Assembly (NCBI GenBank): GCA_024275365.1
Contig: JAJRZG010000157.1
Span: 18 to 64,017 of the forward strand
Length of the DNA: 64,000 nucleotides
From: Planctomycetota bacterium
GTDB lineage: Bacteria; Planctomycetota; Phycisphaerae; Phycisphaerales; UBA1924
Direction: 5' to 3'
This document shows, piece by piece, positions 1-8,528 of the stretch (positions are counted from its first letter, which is position 1; the number at the start of each line of letters is the position of its first letter). The translations under genes and the position numbers were made by a program. Under the pieces are notes generated by a model. That model made no database searches. It had not been told where the DNA came from and saw only the letters and a list, made by a program, of their open reading frames with translations.

Positions 1-633
1 CTGGGAGTGGAACTCTTTGAGGATGTCGTTCTGGAGTGTGCCGCCAAGGGTGTCCCAGGGGATGTCGCGCTGGTAGGCCATGGCGAGGTACATCGCCCAG
101 ATGACCGCGGCGGGGCCGTTGATGGTCTGGCTGACGGTGACCTTGTCGATAGGGATGTCGGCGTAGAGGCGGTGCATGTCCTCGATGGTGTCGATGGCGA
201 CGCCGCACTTGCCGACCTCGCCCATACAGAGGGGGTCGTCGGAGTCGCGGCCCATGAGGGTGGGCAGGTCGAAGGCGGTGGAGAGCCCGGTGTTGGCTTT
301 GGTGCTGGTCTTGGCCGCTTCGAGGAGATACTTGAATCGCTGGTTGGTGTCGTCAGCGGAGCCGAAGCCGGCGAACTGTCGCATGGTCCAGAGGCGGGAG
401 CGGTAGCCCTGCGGGTAGAGGCCTCGGGTGTAAGGAAAGGTGCCGGGAGCGGGAATCTCGGTGTCTATGTGCTCGAGGGCGTGGGTCGGGGTCCATGGGT
501 TGCCGTCGGACATGACGACACCGGGGCCGTAGCAGGGATCGAGGACGAGGCCGGAGATGGTGACGGCGTGGGGGTCGAGGGTAGAGAGGTCGGGGGTCGA
601 GATTGTGGCGGGGTTTGCTGGTGTTGTGGTCAT
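1..633 (-). CDS. B12-dependent acyl-CoA mutase large subunit, N-terminal part (methylmalonyl-/isobutyryl-CoA mutase family); gene runs off the left edge
   Basis: Not in the ORF track because it has no stop in the window. Reverse translation from ATG 633-631 gives MTTTPANP...[80 protein letters not shown], the substrate-barrel signature of acyl-CoA mutases. The + strand ORF 7..732 is its antisense shadow. Confidence 0.85.
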   Translation of the reverse strand, partial: MTTTPANPATISTPDLSTLDPHAVTISGLVLDPCYGPGVVMSDGNPWTPTHALEHIDTEIPAPGTFPYTRGLYPQGYRSRLWTMRQFAGFGSADDTNQRFKYLLEAAKTSTKANTGLSTAFDLPTLMGRDSDDPLCMGEVGKCGVAIDTIEDMHRLYADIPIDKVTVSQTINGPAAVIWAMYLAMAYQRDIPWDTLGGTLQNDILKEFHSQ

Positions 634-775
634 GGTGTGCTCTCTCGTCGAAAGGGTGCGCGGAGAATGATATGGGAAGCCGAGCGGTGTGGCACGGTCT
701 GGGTGTTGGCGATCTGGTGGCGTGATGTGTAAAAACAAAAACGCCCCTGGCGATATGCCAGGGGGTGTTTTGAAG

Positions 776-849
776 CGAGGCGGACGGGAATCGAACCCGC
801 AACCTCCGGATCGACAGTCCGGTGCTCTAACCAATTGAGCTACCGCCCC
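776..849 (-). tRNA. tRNA-Asp (anticodon GTC)
   Basis: The reverse complement folds as a 74-nt cloverleaf: GGGGCGG/CCGCCTC acceptor, GCTC..GAGC D arm, CCGGA-CTGTCGA-TCCGG anticodon arm, GCGGG-TTCGATT-CCCGT T arm. No CCA is encoded. Confidence 0.8.
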
Positions 850-977
850 GGTGCTCTGTTGCCATCGGCTGTCCGATGGGGTGTGTGAAAAATACGCTCT
901 CCGATGCTGGGGTCAAGGGGCGGGGCGGTACGAATGCACCGATTCCGCCACTTGTTGGTGCAAAGGCAGTGTTGCCT

Positions 978-1178
978 TTAGTTCTTCAGTGAGATTCGGT
1001 CTTGGTCCTGGAGCCCGATCGCGCTGCCATCGACACCGACCTTGGCACCCTGCATGTACATCATTGCGCAGGCTGCGAGGAGAGCGACGACTGCCAGTGC
1101 CATCAGGCCTGTGTAGACATCTGGAGTTGCGCCGCGTTTCATGCGGCCACCGGGCATCTGCATTCCAAACTGACTCAT
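978..1178 (-). CDS. small single-pass membrane protein (hypothetical)
   Basis: 66-aa ORF with one hydrophobic helix (LMALAVVALLAACAMMY). It lies 34 nt downstream of the 285-aa gene on the same strand. Confidence 0.45.
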   Translation of the reverse strand: MSQFGMQMPGGRMKRGATPDVYTGLMALAVVALLAACAMMYMQGAKVGVDGSAIGLQDQDRISLKN

Positions 1179-1212
1179 GATTCAGCCTCCACTATCGTGT
1201 GTGCCAAGCCGC

Positions 1213-2070
1213 TCAGCGGCCGAATCGACTCGCGACCAGGTCACCCAGTTGGACTGCGGCCCCCTCGTTGGTCAGTGAAACCCTGGCCACAGCCGACTGG
1301 AGGTCGGTGCGGACCACGACAAGTGTCGCGACAAAGCTCTGCCCACGGCCGACATGGAGCTGCATGTTCTCGGAGACGCGGTCGTTGCTCCCGATATCGA
1401 TCTCGATGAGGGGCTGGCCTGATGCGGGATCGGTCGAGACCTGGGTGACTCTGCCTCGGATGACCGGGCCTGCGGCTTCGTAGGGTGCGCCTTCTGCGCC
1501 GGAGCAGACACCTGCCATGGCGAGTTCGGCGGCCCTTTGGGCGGAGGCGAGTTGCTCGCGGAGAGCCCTGATTGTGGCGTTAAAGACATCGTTCTGGCTT
1601 GCGAGGTCGTTGACACGGTCTTCGAGTTCGAGGGAGCCTCGGCGGAGCCCCAGCTCGCTCTCACGGAGCGAGGAGAGTTCCTTGCGTTGGCTGTCGATAA
1701 CCTCGGCCTGTGCCTTGGTGGTTTCGAGCGAGTCACCGATCTGGTTTTCGATGGCATCGGCTCGGTTTCGCTCAGCTTGGACCGAGGCGGTGAGGCTGGC
1801 GTTTTCTGTGACCAGCAACGCATAGCGAGCCGCGATATCGGAGAGCATGATCTGCAAGCCGTGAATCTGCTGCGTTGCGACAGCAGCCGCATCGGCATAT
1901 TCGGCGGTCGCGGCCTGCTGCTTTGCCTTGGCCGTCGCGGTTTCTTGCTGTGCATCGTTGTACTTGGACACGATGGCATCGGCGTTGACGCTGTATGCCA
2001 TGGTCAGGGCAGCGAGCACGAGGCTGAGCACTGCTGCGAACACGATGAACACCTTGGTCAGGATGTGCAC
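1213..2070 (-). CDS. membrane-anchored coiled-coil protein (hypothetical)
   Basis: N-terminal TM helix (ILTKVFIVFAAVLSLVLAALTMAY), then a long heptad-like A/Q/E/L-rich region and a C-terminal beta-rich domain. No family recognised. Confidence 0.6.
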   Translation of the reverse strand: MHILTKVFIVFAAVLSLVLAALTMAYSVNADAIVSKYNDAQQETATAKAKQQAATAEYADAAAVATQQIHGLQIMLSDIAARYALLVTENASLTASVQAERNRADAIENQIGDSLETTKAQAEVIDSQRKELSSLRESELGLRRGSLELEDRVNDLASQNDVFNATIRALREQLASAQRAAELAMAGVCSGAEGAPYEAAGPVIRGRVTQVSTDPASGQPLIEIDIGSNDRVSENMQLHVGRGQSFVATLVVVRTDLQSAVARVSLTNEGAAVQLGDLVASRFGR

Positions 2071-2337
2071 TGTCGTCTCCTCGTCTTTCCGAGTTGCCCG
2101 TGCCGATTCATTGGCTCGGGTGCGGCTGTTTTGCCGCCTGTCTGTCCGATCGGGCCTGACATCCTGCCAGACTCTGCGTCGGTGTGTGGGTCCGGGTCGC
2201 CATCATAGGGTTTCTCAGCCGAGCGTGTCGGGAGAATCTGTTTGGAGCGATTGATACCGAACTTATGCCCGGGTGTCAAGACCAATCTGCCTCTGGATGA
2301 CCCTATCCGAGAGATCTTTGGTATCGGATCCGGGTAA

Positions 2338-3420
2338 TCAGCGTGATCGGTCGTCCTCGAGGATGTTGAGGAGGGCTGAGCCCACGGCTACCCGGAGGCG
2401 TTCGCTCGGGTCTCCCAGTGTTTTTTCCAGTGCGTGCATGGCTGAAGCACCCCCGATCTGACCGAGTGCCCAGGCACCTTGTATTCGGGCTGACTCCCTG
2501 CCTGAGGCGAGGGCAGCCTCTGGCTCGGTGGTGGTAATTTGCTTGCCCATGGCTCCGAGAGCCCCGGCGACTGCGAGCCGGACCTCGATGGGCATAGAGG
2601 AGCCTGTGGTATCTCGCATCGCGGCGAGGCTTCGGAGTTGCCCCTCAGAGCCCCAATCTTTCAGGTTGCCGAGGATTTGGGCAGCGAGGACTGTGGCATC
2701 GAGTTCTTCTGGTGTGGATGGGTAGAGGGCTGCCCTGAGGGTGTGGAGTTGTGCATCATCCCCGAGTTTGACGAGTGCTTCAGCGATCTGGACGCTGAGG
2801 ACTTTGATTTCGGCGGGGTTTGCCCGTGGGACATCGAGTTGGACCGCTTCGCGGAGGAGGGAGGATGTGCCATTGTCAACGAGTTCGCCGAGGAGGTAGG
2901 CGGCGTGTGCGCGGACGCGGGGTGAGGGATCGCCCGTGACCATTGCGCCGAGCGGGGTGGGGTCGATTTCGTTGCCACAGGCGCGCATGGCGTAGATGGC
3001 TGCGGCTTTGACGAATGGGGAGTCGTCTTCGGTGAGTGGGCGGACGACCTCGATCAGGTCTGTCATTTTTGCTTTGCCCACAGCCATTGCGGCGACTGTG
3101 CGGACGCCGGCGTTTGGGTCTGCGAGGGCAGCAGGGAGGAGGGCCTTGAGCCTTGCGGGTGCTACGAGGAGCCCCTCGATGGCGTTTGCGCGGACTTGGG
3201 GGTCTTGGGATTGGGTGAGTTCGAGAAGGGTGGCGATGGCGGACTCACGAATCCTTGAGCGTTTGACCGGGTCGCGGGCGGTGTTGGGTTTGGTGGTGGC
3301 TTGGGAGGTCTGTGTGCCGAGAGCCGCGGGTGCCGCCCCGTCGCCCTGACAACCGGTTGGCAACCCGAGTATCCCTCCTGCGGCGATCACGATGAGAAAC
3401 TTGTGCATTGGGCACTCCAT
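2338..3420 (-). CDS. HEAT-repeat lipoprotein
   Basis: Repeated D/SPxVRxxAxxAL units (DPQVRANAIEGL, DPNAGVRTVAAMAV, SPFVKAAAIYAM, DPSPRVRAHAAYLL, DPSERLRVAVGSAL). Start trimmed to MECPMHKFLIVIAAGGILGLPTGC (lipobox LPTGC), because the longer track ORF to 3783 overlaps lnt. Confidence 0.7.
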   Translation of the reverse strand: MECPMHKFLIVIAAGGILGLPTGCQGDGAAPAALGTQTSQATTKPNTARDPVKRSRIRESAIATLLELTQSQDPQVRANAIEGLLVAPARLKALLPAALADPNAGVRTVAAMAVGKAKMTDLIEVVRPLTEDDSPFVKAAAIYAMRACGNEIDPTPLGAMVTGDPSPRVRAHAAYLLGELVDNGTSSLLREAVQLDVPRANPAEIKVLSVQIAEALVKLGDDAQLHTLRAALYPSTPEELDATVLAAQILGNLKDWGSEGQLRSLAAMRDTTGSSMPIEVRLAVAGALGAMGKQITTTEPEAALASGRESARIQGAWALGQIGGASAMHALEKTLGDPSERLRVAVGSALLNILEDDRSR

Positions 3421-3510
3421 GGGTCGTTCTCCGTACAAGCTGAATCTTCTTCGACTCTCTGTGAACCGGGTGTCATGGGCTCGATCATGCGTGACCATGC
3501 GGGTATGCCG

Positions 3511-3544
3511 ATCATGCTCACGCTTGCGCGAGAGCATGGCACCC
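3511..3544. repeat. palindromic repeat family E (CATGCTCACGCwTGCGCGAGAGCATGGCACCC)
   Basis: Near-identical copy at 31725..31756. CATGCTC/GAGCATG stem. Confidence 0.7.
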
Positions 3545-5404
3545 TCACCGGTTCTCTTCTTCGGTCTCATCGGTGTCGGGGCTTTGAGGACGGCCTCGGT
3601 GTGTGAACCCGACGATGACTCCTGCGAGGAGTAAGGCCCCAAGGCCCGCAAGGTTCGCCCAGCCGACGATGTCGCCCATTCGACCGAAGGGGGTGGTGCC
3701 GGTGGGCAGGGGGGCATCTGCCCAGAGGACGCCGTCTGCGCGGGTGTCCCCTGCCTCGACGCCCCTTGCGATAACCCTGCCATCGGGGCTGATGACGGCT
3801 GAGATGCCGGTGTTTGCTGCCCGGACGACGGAGATGCCCAGTTCTACCGCCCGCCAGCGGATGATCTGGAGGTGCTGCTCTCGGCCTGTATCGAATGAGG
3901 AGAACCAGCCCTCGTTGGTGAGTTGGATGAGCACATCGGCCTGGCGTTCGTTGCCTGCATAGGCGAGACGGCGACAGATGCCGGGCATGATGCCCTCAAA
4001 GCAGATCGGTGTCGCGACCCGCACGAGGCCCGACTCGGTGCGGACGATGTGTGTGAGGGGGTCGGTGCCTGCGTCGAAGTTGAAGCTGAGGTCGGTGGCT
4101 CCGATGCCGACGCGGAGGACGAGGCGTTCGAGCCAGGGCCAGGCGGAGATATAGGGCATGACCTCGCCGAAGGGTGTGAGGTGGATTTTGTCGTATCGGT
4201 TTCCCTCGACACGGCCCTGGTTGATGAGGTAGGAGCTGTTGTACCTCGCTTTGGAGCTTTCTGTGATGGAGCCGGTGCCTTCTTCGACCTCGAAGCGGAG
4301 TTCGTCGATTCCTGCTGCCCCGATGAGGAAGGGGATGCCGAGGCGTTCCTGCCAGGCGAGGAGGGAATCAGACGCGACGGTCGTGGGCATCATCAGGCGG
4401 TTGTTTTGCTCGAAGGGGCCTGAGACGGGGACGGGTGGGTCGATGCCGTCGGCACCACGGGTGATGACGAAGCGGAGGACGGGCCAGGCGACATCGGTCT
4501 CGGTGACCCAGGCGAGGGCTGCGGCTCGTTCTTCGGCGAGGGAGTTTGCATCGAGGGCATCGCCGGGGAACATGGTTTCGGGCCAGATGACGAGATCGGG
4601 GGGGGTATCGGTTTCGCACGCACGGACGGTGAGTTCGAGCATGCGGTCGAGGTCGCGCATTCGGGTTGCGGGTGGCCAGCCGAGTTTGACGCTCTGGGGG
4701 ATGTTGGTCTGGACGACCGCGACGCGGAGGACGCCGTCGGTGACGACGCGGGGTGTTGCTGAGAGCGCTGCCCAGGTGATTGCGATCCCGAAGAACGAGG
4801 CGGCTGCGAGAATGCGGAGTCGGTTTTTGGAGGTGACGATGCCGAGGGCTGACATGCCGAGGGCGACGGTGAGGAATGAGATGCCGTAGATGCCGACGAC
4901 GGCCCCGGCGCGTGAGAGGTATGGCGATTCGATGAGTGGGTACCCGGTGAGGAGCCATGGGTAGCCTTGCCAGACGACCTCGCCGCGCAGGACTTCGAGC
5001 CCGACCCAGACGACCGGGCCGAGGAGCCAGACGGAGGTACGGAGGCGGCTTGAGAGCCAGGAGAGGAGCCAGACGAAGGCACCGGCATAGAGGGAGAGGT
5101 AGATGATCATGAGCACCGCGCCGGGGGCGGAGACACCGAAGACCCATTGGTGCTGCCACGCCCAGACGGGGGCTGCGCCGAGGCTGGCGGCGATGGCGGC
5201 ACCGAGGCGATTTTTGTGGGTGAGCCCGGCAGCCCAGAGGAGCGGGAGGGGGGCGAGGAATGTGAGTATCCACAGGCCAAAGGGGGGGAAGGCAAGGAGC
5301 GTGAGGATAGAGGTGAGGGCTGAGGCTGCACAGACCGAGGATCGTGTTGACCAGGCGAGCAGGGTGTTTTTGTGTGTTGTGCCTTGCACTCGACGGCTCG
5401 TCAT
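3545..5404 (-). CDS. lnt: apolipoprotein N-acyltransferase
   Basis: Multi-TM N-terminal half plus a CN-hydrolase domain with LVIWPETMFPG, PICFEG and LIQLTNEGWF motifs. Confidence 0.85.
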   Translation of the reverse strand: MTSRRVQGTTHKNTLLAWSTRSSVCAASALTSILTLLAFPPFGLWILTFLAPLPLLWAAGLTHKNRLGAAIAASLGAAPVWAWQHQWVFGVSAPGAVLMIIYLSLYAGAFVWLLSWLSSRLRTSVWLLGPVVWVGLEVLRGEVVWQGYPWLLTGYPLIESPYLSRAGAVVGIYGISFLTVALGMSALGIVTSKNRLRILAAASFFGIAITWAALSATPRVVTDGVLRVAVVQTNIPQSVKLGWPPATRMRDLDRMLELTVRACETDTPPDLVIWPETMFPGDALDANSLAEERAAALAWVTETDVAWPVLRFVITRGADGIDPPVPVSGPFEQNNRLMMPTTVASDSLLAWQERLGIPFLIGAAGIDELRFEVEEGTGSITESSKARYNSSYLINQGRVEGNRYDKIHLTPFGEVMPYISAWPWLERLVLRVGIGATDLSFNFDAGTDPLTHIVRTESGLVRVATPICFEGIMPGICRRLAYAGNERQADVLIQLTNEGWFSSFDTGREQHLQIIRWRAVELGISVVRAANTGISAVISPDGRVIARGVEAGDTRADGVLWADAPLPTGTTPFGRMGDIVGWANLAGLGALLLAGVIVGFTHRGRPQSPDTDETEEENR

Positions 5405-5513
5405 GAATCAGCCCTCTCTCCCCTCGAATACCCGAAGGCAGTTCACTACAGAATACAGAGTTGTGCTTAGGCCGCCTTTCGGGTCACAGAGGGAAGGGGG
5501 AGTCGAGCGGTTC

Positions 5514-5633
5514 GCACCTCCCCCGACCATCGCTTCGCTTGGCCACCCCCTCCGCAGGGCGGAGGGGGATCAAGACGCACCTCCCCCGGCCATCGCTTCG
5601 CTCGGCCACCCCCTCCGCAGGGCGGAGGGGGAT
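5514..5633 (+). repeat. tandem pair (63-nt period) of palindromic repeat family A
   Basis: GCACCTCCCCCGrCCATCGCTTCGCTyGGCCACCCCCTCCGCAGGGCGGAGGGGGAT occurs twice (5514-5570, 5577-5633) with a CCCCCTCCGC/GCGGAGGGGG hairpin. Third copy at 18668..18724. Confidence 0.85.
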
Positions 5634-5641
5634 GGATCACC

Positions 5642-6484
5642 CTACATGCCGGCGTAGTCGATGAGTCTGGCGATCTCGCTTCGGAGGTCGTGTCGGGTGA
5701 CGACGCGGTCGAGCATGCCGCTGTTAAGGAGGAACTCGGAGCGTTGGAAGCCGTCGGGGAGTTCCTGGCGGATGGTCTGCTGGATGACACGGGGGCCTGC
5801 GAAGCCGATGAGGGCTTTGGGCTCGGCGATGATGACATCACCGAGCATGGCGAAGCTGGCGGTGACACCTCCGGTTGTGGGGTCTGTCAGGATACTGATG
5901 AAGAGGCCACCGGCGCGGTCGTAACGGGCGAGCGCTGCGCTGGACTTTGCCATCTGCATGAGGGAGAGGCCGGCTTCCTGCATCCGGGCACCGCCTGAGC
6001 AGCTGACCACGATGAGTGGGAGCCCGTGCTGGGTGGCGTGCTCGATGGAGCGGGTGACGATCTCGCCGACAACGCTGCCCATCGAGCCCATCATGAAGGT
6101 GAGGTCGAGGCAGCAGAGCATGGCCTGGCGACCCTTGATAAAGACCATCCCGGCTTGGACAGCGTCGGTCTGCCCGGTCTTGAGCTGCTCGACACGGAGG
6201 CGGTCGGGGTACTTTTTCAGGTCCTTGAAGCCAAGCGGGTCGCGGGACTCGATATTGGTGAACATCGGGGCAAAGGAGCCGGTGTCTGCGAGCTGCTTGA
6301 CCCGCTCGACTGCGCCGATGCGGTAGTGGTGGCCGCACTCGGGGCAAACATGGAGGTTTGCCTCCATCTGGCGGCGGTAGACCATCTGGCCACAGCCGGG
6401 GCAGCGGAGCCAGAGCCCCTCGGGGATGGAACTCTTCCGTTCGGCAACGGGCTTGTTCAATGTCCTTGTTGATGTTCGGGTCAT
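5642..6484 (-). CDS. accD: acetyl-CoA carboxylase carboxyltransferase beta subunit
   Basis: Zinc ribbon CPGCGQMVYRRQMEANLHVCPECGHHYRI followed by a crotonase-like CT domain (GGARMQEG-like GGARMQEAGLSLMQMAK). Start set at MTRTST (6484). The track ORF extends to 6562 but would then overlap the upstream gene. Confidence 0.9.
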   Translation of the reverse strand: MTRTSTRTLNKPVAERKSSIPEGLWLRCPGCGQMVYRRQMEANLHVCPECGHHYRIGAVERVKQLADTGSFAPMFTNIESRDPLGFKDLKKYPDRLRVEQLKTGQTDAVQAGMVFIKGRQAMLCCLDLTFMMGSMGSVVGEIVTRSIEHATQHGLPLIVVSCSGGARMQEAGLSLMQMAKSSAALARYDRAGGLFISILTDPTTGGVTASFAMLGDVIIAEPKALIGFAGPRVIQQTIRQELPDGFQRSEFLLNSGMLDRVVTRHDLRSEIARLIDYAGM

Positions 6485-6551
6485 GTGGAGTTCGTTCCTT
6501 TGTTGGCCTTGAGAGGGTCTTCCTTGCGGGGCACGAACGAAAGGCATCTTA

Positions 6552-7190
6552 TTAGCTGGCACACCGGACCGCTCGGGGGTCCTGGGTTGTGCTTGTGCGG
6601 ACTGATTCTCGGTCTACCAGCACCCACTGGGGCTTGTCAGGGTGTTCGGCCTCTGCCCACATCTGGGAGATTGACTCGCCTTTGAGCCAGCAGCGGACTA
6701 TGCCAAAGACCATCGGTCGAAGGACCACGCAGACACCGCAGTTTTCGTCTCCTCGTGCTTTGGTGAGGAGGGAGCGGACCTGCTCGATGACCCTGTCGGC
6801 GGCCTCTGCGATGGGTTCGCCACCCGGGGGGATGACTGAGGTCGGGTCTTCATGCCATTGTCGAAAGGCCTTGCCGACCCGTTCTTCCGCGTCGGTGCAG
6901 TTGAGCCCTTCCCAGAGGCCAACACCGACTTCGTGGAGGGCCGCGATGACCTTGAGCTTGGCACCGGTTGCTGCAGCGATGGCACTTGCGGTTGCTTGGG
7001 CAGAGTCTTCGGGGCCGGTCCAGACCTGGCAGATCGATCCTTCCGGCATATCGGCGGCGGCTGATTGTACCGCGGCAAGGCCCTCTGCTGAGAGGGGCAG
7101 GTCTGCGCTGCCGCTGAGCCGGTCGGCGAGGTCCCATTCGCTCGTGCCTGCGCGGAGAAGAAGGAGCTTGATGTGTGTTGATTTCGCCAT
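6552..7190 (-). CDS. histidine-phosphatase-superfamily protein with both catalytic His positions substituted
   Basis: MAKSTHIKLLLLRAGTSEWDLADRLSGSADLPLSAEGL aligns to the RHGxTxWN start of cofactor-dependent PGM/SixA-like phosphatases, but reads RAG. The usual SHGG region reads VLRPMV. Start at ATG 7190. Confidence 0.6.
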   Translation of the reverse strand: MAKSTHIKLLLLRAGTSEWDLADRLSGSADLPLSAEGLAAVQSAAADMPEGSICQVWTGPEDSAQATASAIAAATGAKLKVIAALHEVGVGLWEGLNCTDAEERVGKAFRQWHEDPTSVIPPGGEPIAEAADRVIEQVRSLLTKARGDENCGVCVVLRPMVFGIVRCWLKGESISQMWAEAEHPDKPQWVLVDRESVRTSTTQDPRAVRCAS

Positions 7191-7340
7191 GGCGAGACAG
7201 CCAAACTCCGCGACTCCGTCGTCGTGACCCTCTTCACAAGGTCGGTTTGAGCCCTGTGGAAGTGATGGCAAGTCTAGCAAGTGGAGGAGAGTGTGGCCTA
7301 GAGATCAGTGAGAACCCGCACATTCCCCGTTTATCCGGAC

Positions 7341-8021
7341 TTAAGAGCCTCGTAATGTATGGATCGCGGCTGCCCGGTCTGCCTGGGGGAGTCCGAAGAT
7401 TGCCGACCCTGCAACGAGGACATCGCACCCGGCATCACGGGCGGCCTGTGCGGTTGCTGGGGCGATGCCGCCATCCATCTCGAGGCGTTGGCCTGGGCAG
7501 AGCAGGGGTGCGATTGTTCGGACTTTGTCGAGGACTTGGGGGATGAACGCCTGCCCACCGAAGCCCGGGTTGACGCTCATGACGAGTGCCAGGTCGAACG
7601 CTTCGAGTGCTGGGAGGATCGCTTCTGCGGGTGTCGGGGGGTTGATGGTGATGCCGGCGGTTGCGCCAAGAGCGCGGATTCGCTCGGCGAGGGCGATGCA
7701 GGCATCGAGCCCGATGGGTTCGACATGGAAGCTCACATGGTCTGCACCGGCTTCGATAAATGGGCCTGCAAACGAGGCGGGGTCCTGGACCATGAGATGG
7801 ACATCGAGGAAGGCATCGGGGAGTGCTGCACGGAGTGACTTGACGAGCGCGGGTCCGAGTGTGAGGTTTGGGACGAAGTGGCCGTCCATGACATCGATGT
7901 GGAGGAGGTCGCCTCCGGCTTTGAGCGATTCTTCGGTGTCTTCTGCGAGGTGGGCGAAGTCTGCAGCGAGGATCGAGGGGGCGACCAGCACGCCTTCATT
8001 GGGCCATTTATGCATGTTCAT
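7341..8021 (-). CDS. rpe: ribulose-phosphate 3-epimerase
   Basis: PSILAADFAHLAED...LLHIDVMDGHFVPNLTLGP...MSVNPGFGGQAFIP...MDGGI, the full-length Rpe signature. Confidence 0.92.
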   Translation of the reverse strand: MNMHKWPNEGVLVAPSILAADFAHLAEDTEESLKAGGDLLHIDVMDGHFVPNLTLGPALVKSLRAALPDAFLDVHLMVQDPASFAGPFIEAGADHVSFHVEPIGLDACIALAERIRALGATAGITINPPTPAEAILPALEAFDLALVMSVNPGFGGQAFIPQVLDKVRTIAPLLCPGQRLEMDGGIAPATAQAARDAGCDVLVAGSAIFGLPQADRAAAIHTLRGS

Positions 8022-8446
8022 GTGCTCGACTCTTTGTGCGAAATTTGCGATAAATATCGTTGTTTTTCGTGTTTTTGGGTTGACATCAGTGCCGAACTAT
8101 AGGAGACTGCTTTCTCCTCTTTGCGGAGCGCCCGAACTGCCCGGTGTGTGGCTTCGCTGGCGGGAACTGCGTCAAGTTGGAGGAACTCGTGGAGGCCCTC
8201 ACCAAGAGAACATTCTGGGACGATGGGAACCCCGGTCTGCTGTGTGCCGAGTGTAGCTTGAATGGAGGTCATTGCACACTCATCGTGCTGTGTGTACTGC
8301 ACGCTCCGTAGTGAGTGCCGATTCTCGGTACACGGGTGACCGAACGCGCCATGCCTTGAAACTGATCGGGGGGAAATGGGAGAGAGAGCCACGGAGAGGG
8401 AGAGTATGGGAGAGTAGAGAGCCGATCAGGCTGGGAGGCATGGATG

Positions 8447-8472
8447 GAACCCGCCCGAACACGGGCGGGTTC
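8447..8472 (+). terminator. GC-rich hairpin with partly T-rich tail (intrinsic-terminator-like)
   Basis: GAACCCGCCCG-aaca-CGGGCGGGTTC (11-bp perfect stem) followed by TGCGTGTTTGTGGG. It lies 57 nt upstream of the 8529 start. Confidence 0.4.
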
Positions 8473-8528
8473 TGCGTGTTTGTGGGTACTCGCATCTATC
8501 ATGGGGCTCTGTACAGGAGCCGTTCCCC

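Noticed and set aside
7-732. 241-aa + strand ORF at the left edge
   Set aside because: It is antisense to a clear acyl-CoA mutase reading frame (1..633, - strand). Its G/V/D/E-rich composition is typical of high-GC shadow ORFs.
2338-3783. Full 481-aa extent of the HEAT-repeat ORF
   Set aside because: The first ~120 codons overlap the 3' end of lnt and lack protein-like composition. A lipoprotein signal peptide begins at the internal Met (3420/3408).
5514-5633. Possible CRISPR array (repeated 57-nt units)
   Set aside because: There are only two adjacent copies with a 6-nt spacer, the units are internally palindromic REP-like elements, a third dispersed copy exists, and there are no cas genes.
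8018-8392. 124-aa - strand ORF ending in an ATGA overlap with the rpe start
   Set aside because: Its 3' third runs through the AT-rich promoter/5'-UTR-like stretch (8040-8080) and its composition is not protein-like. I treat it as spurious, although the coupling-like overlap is noted.
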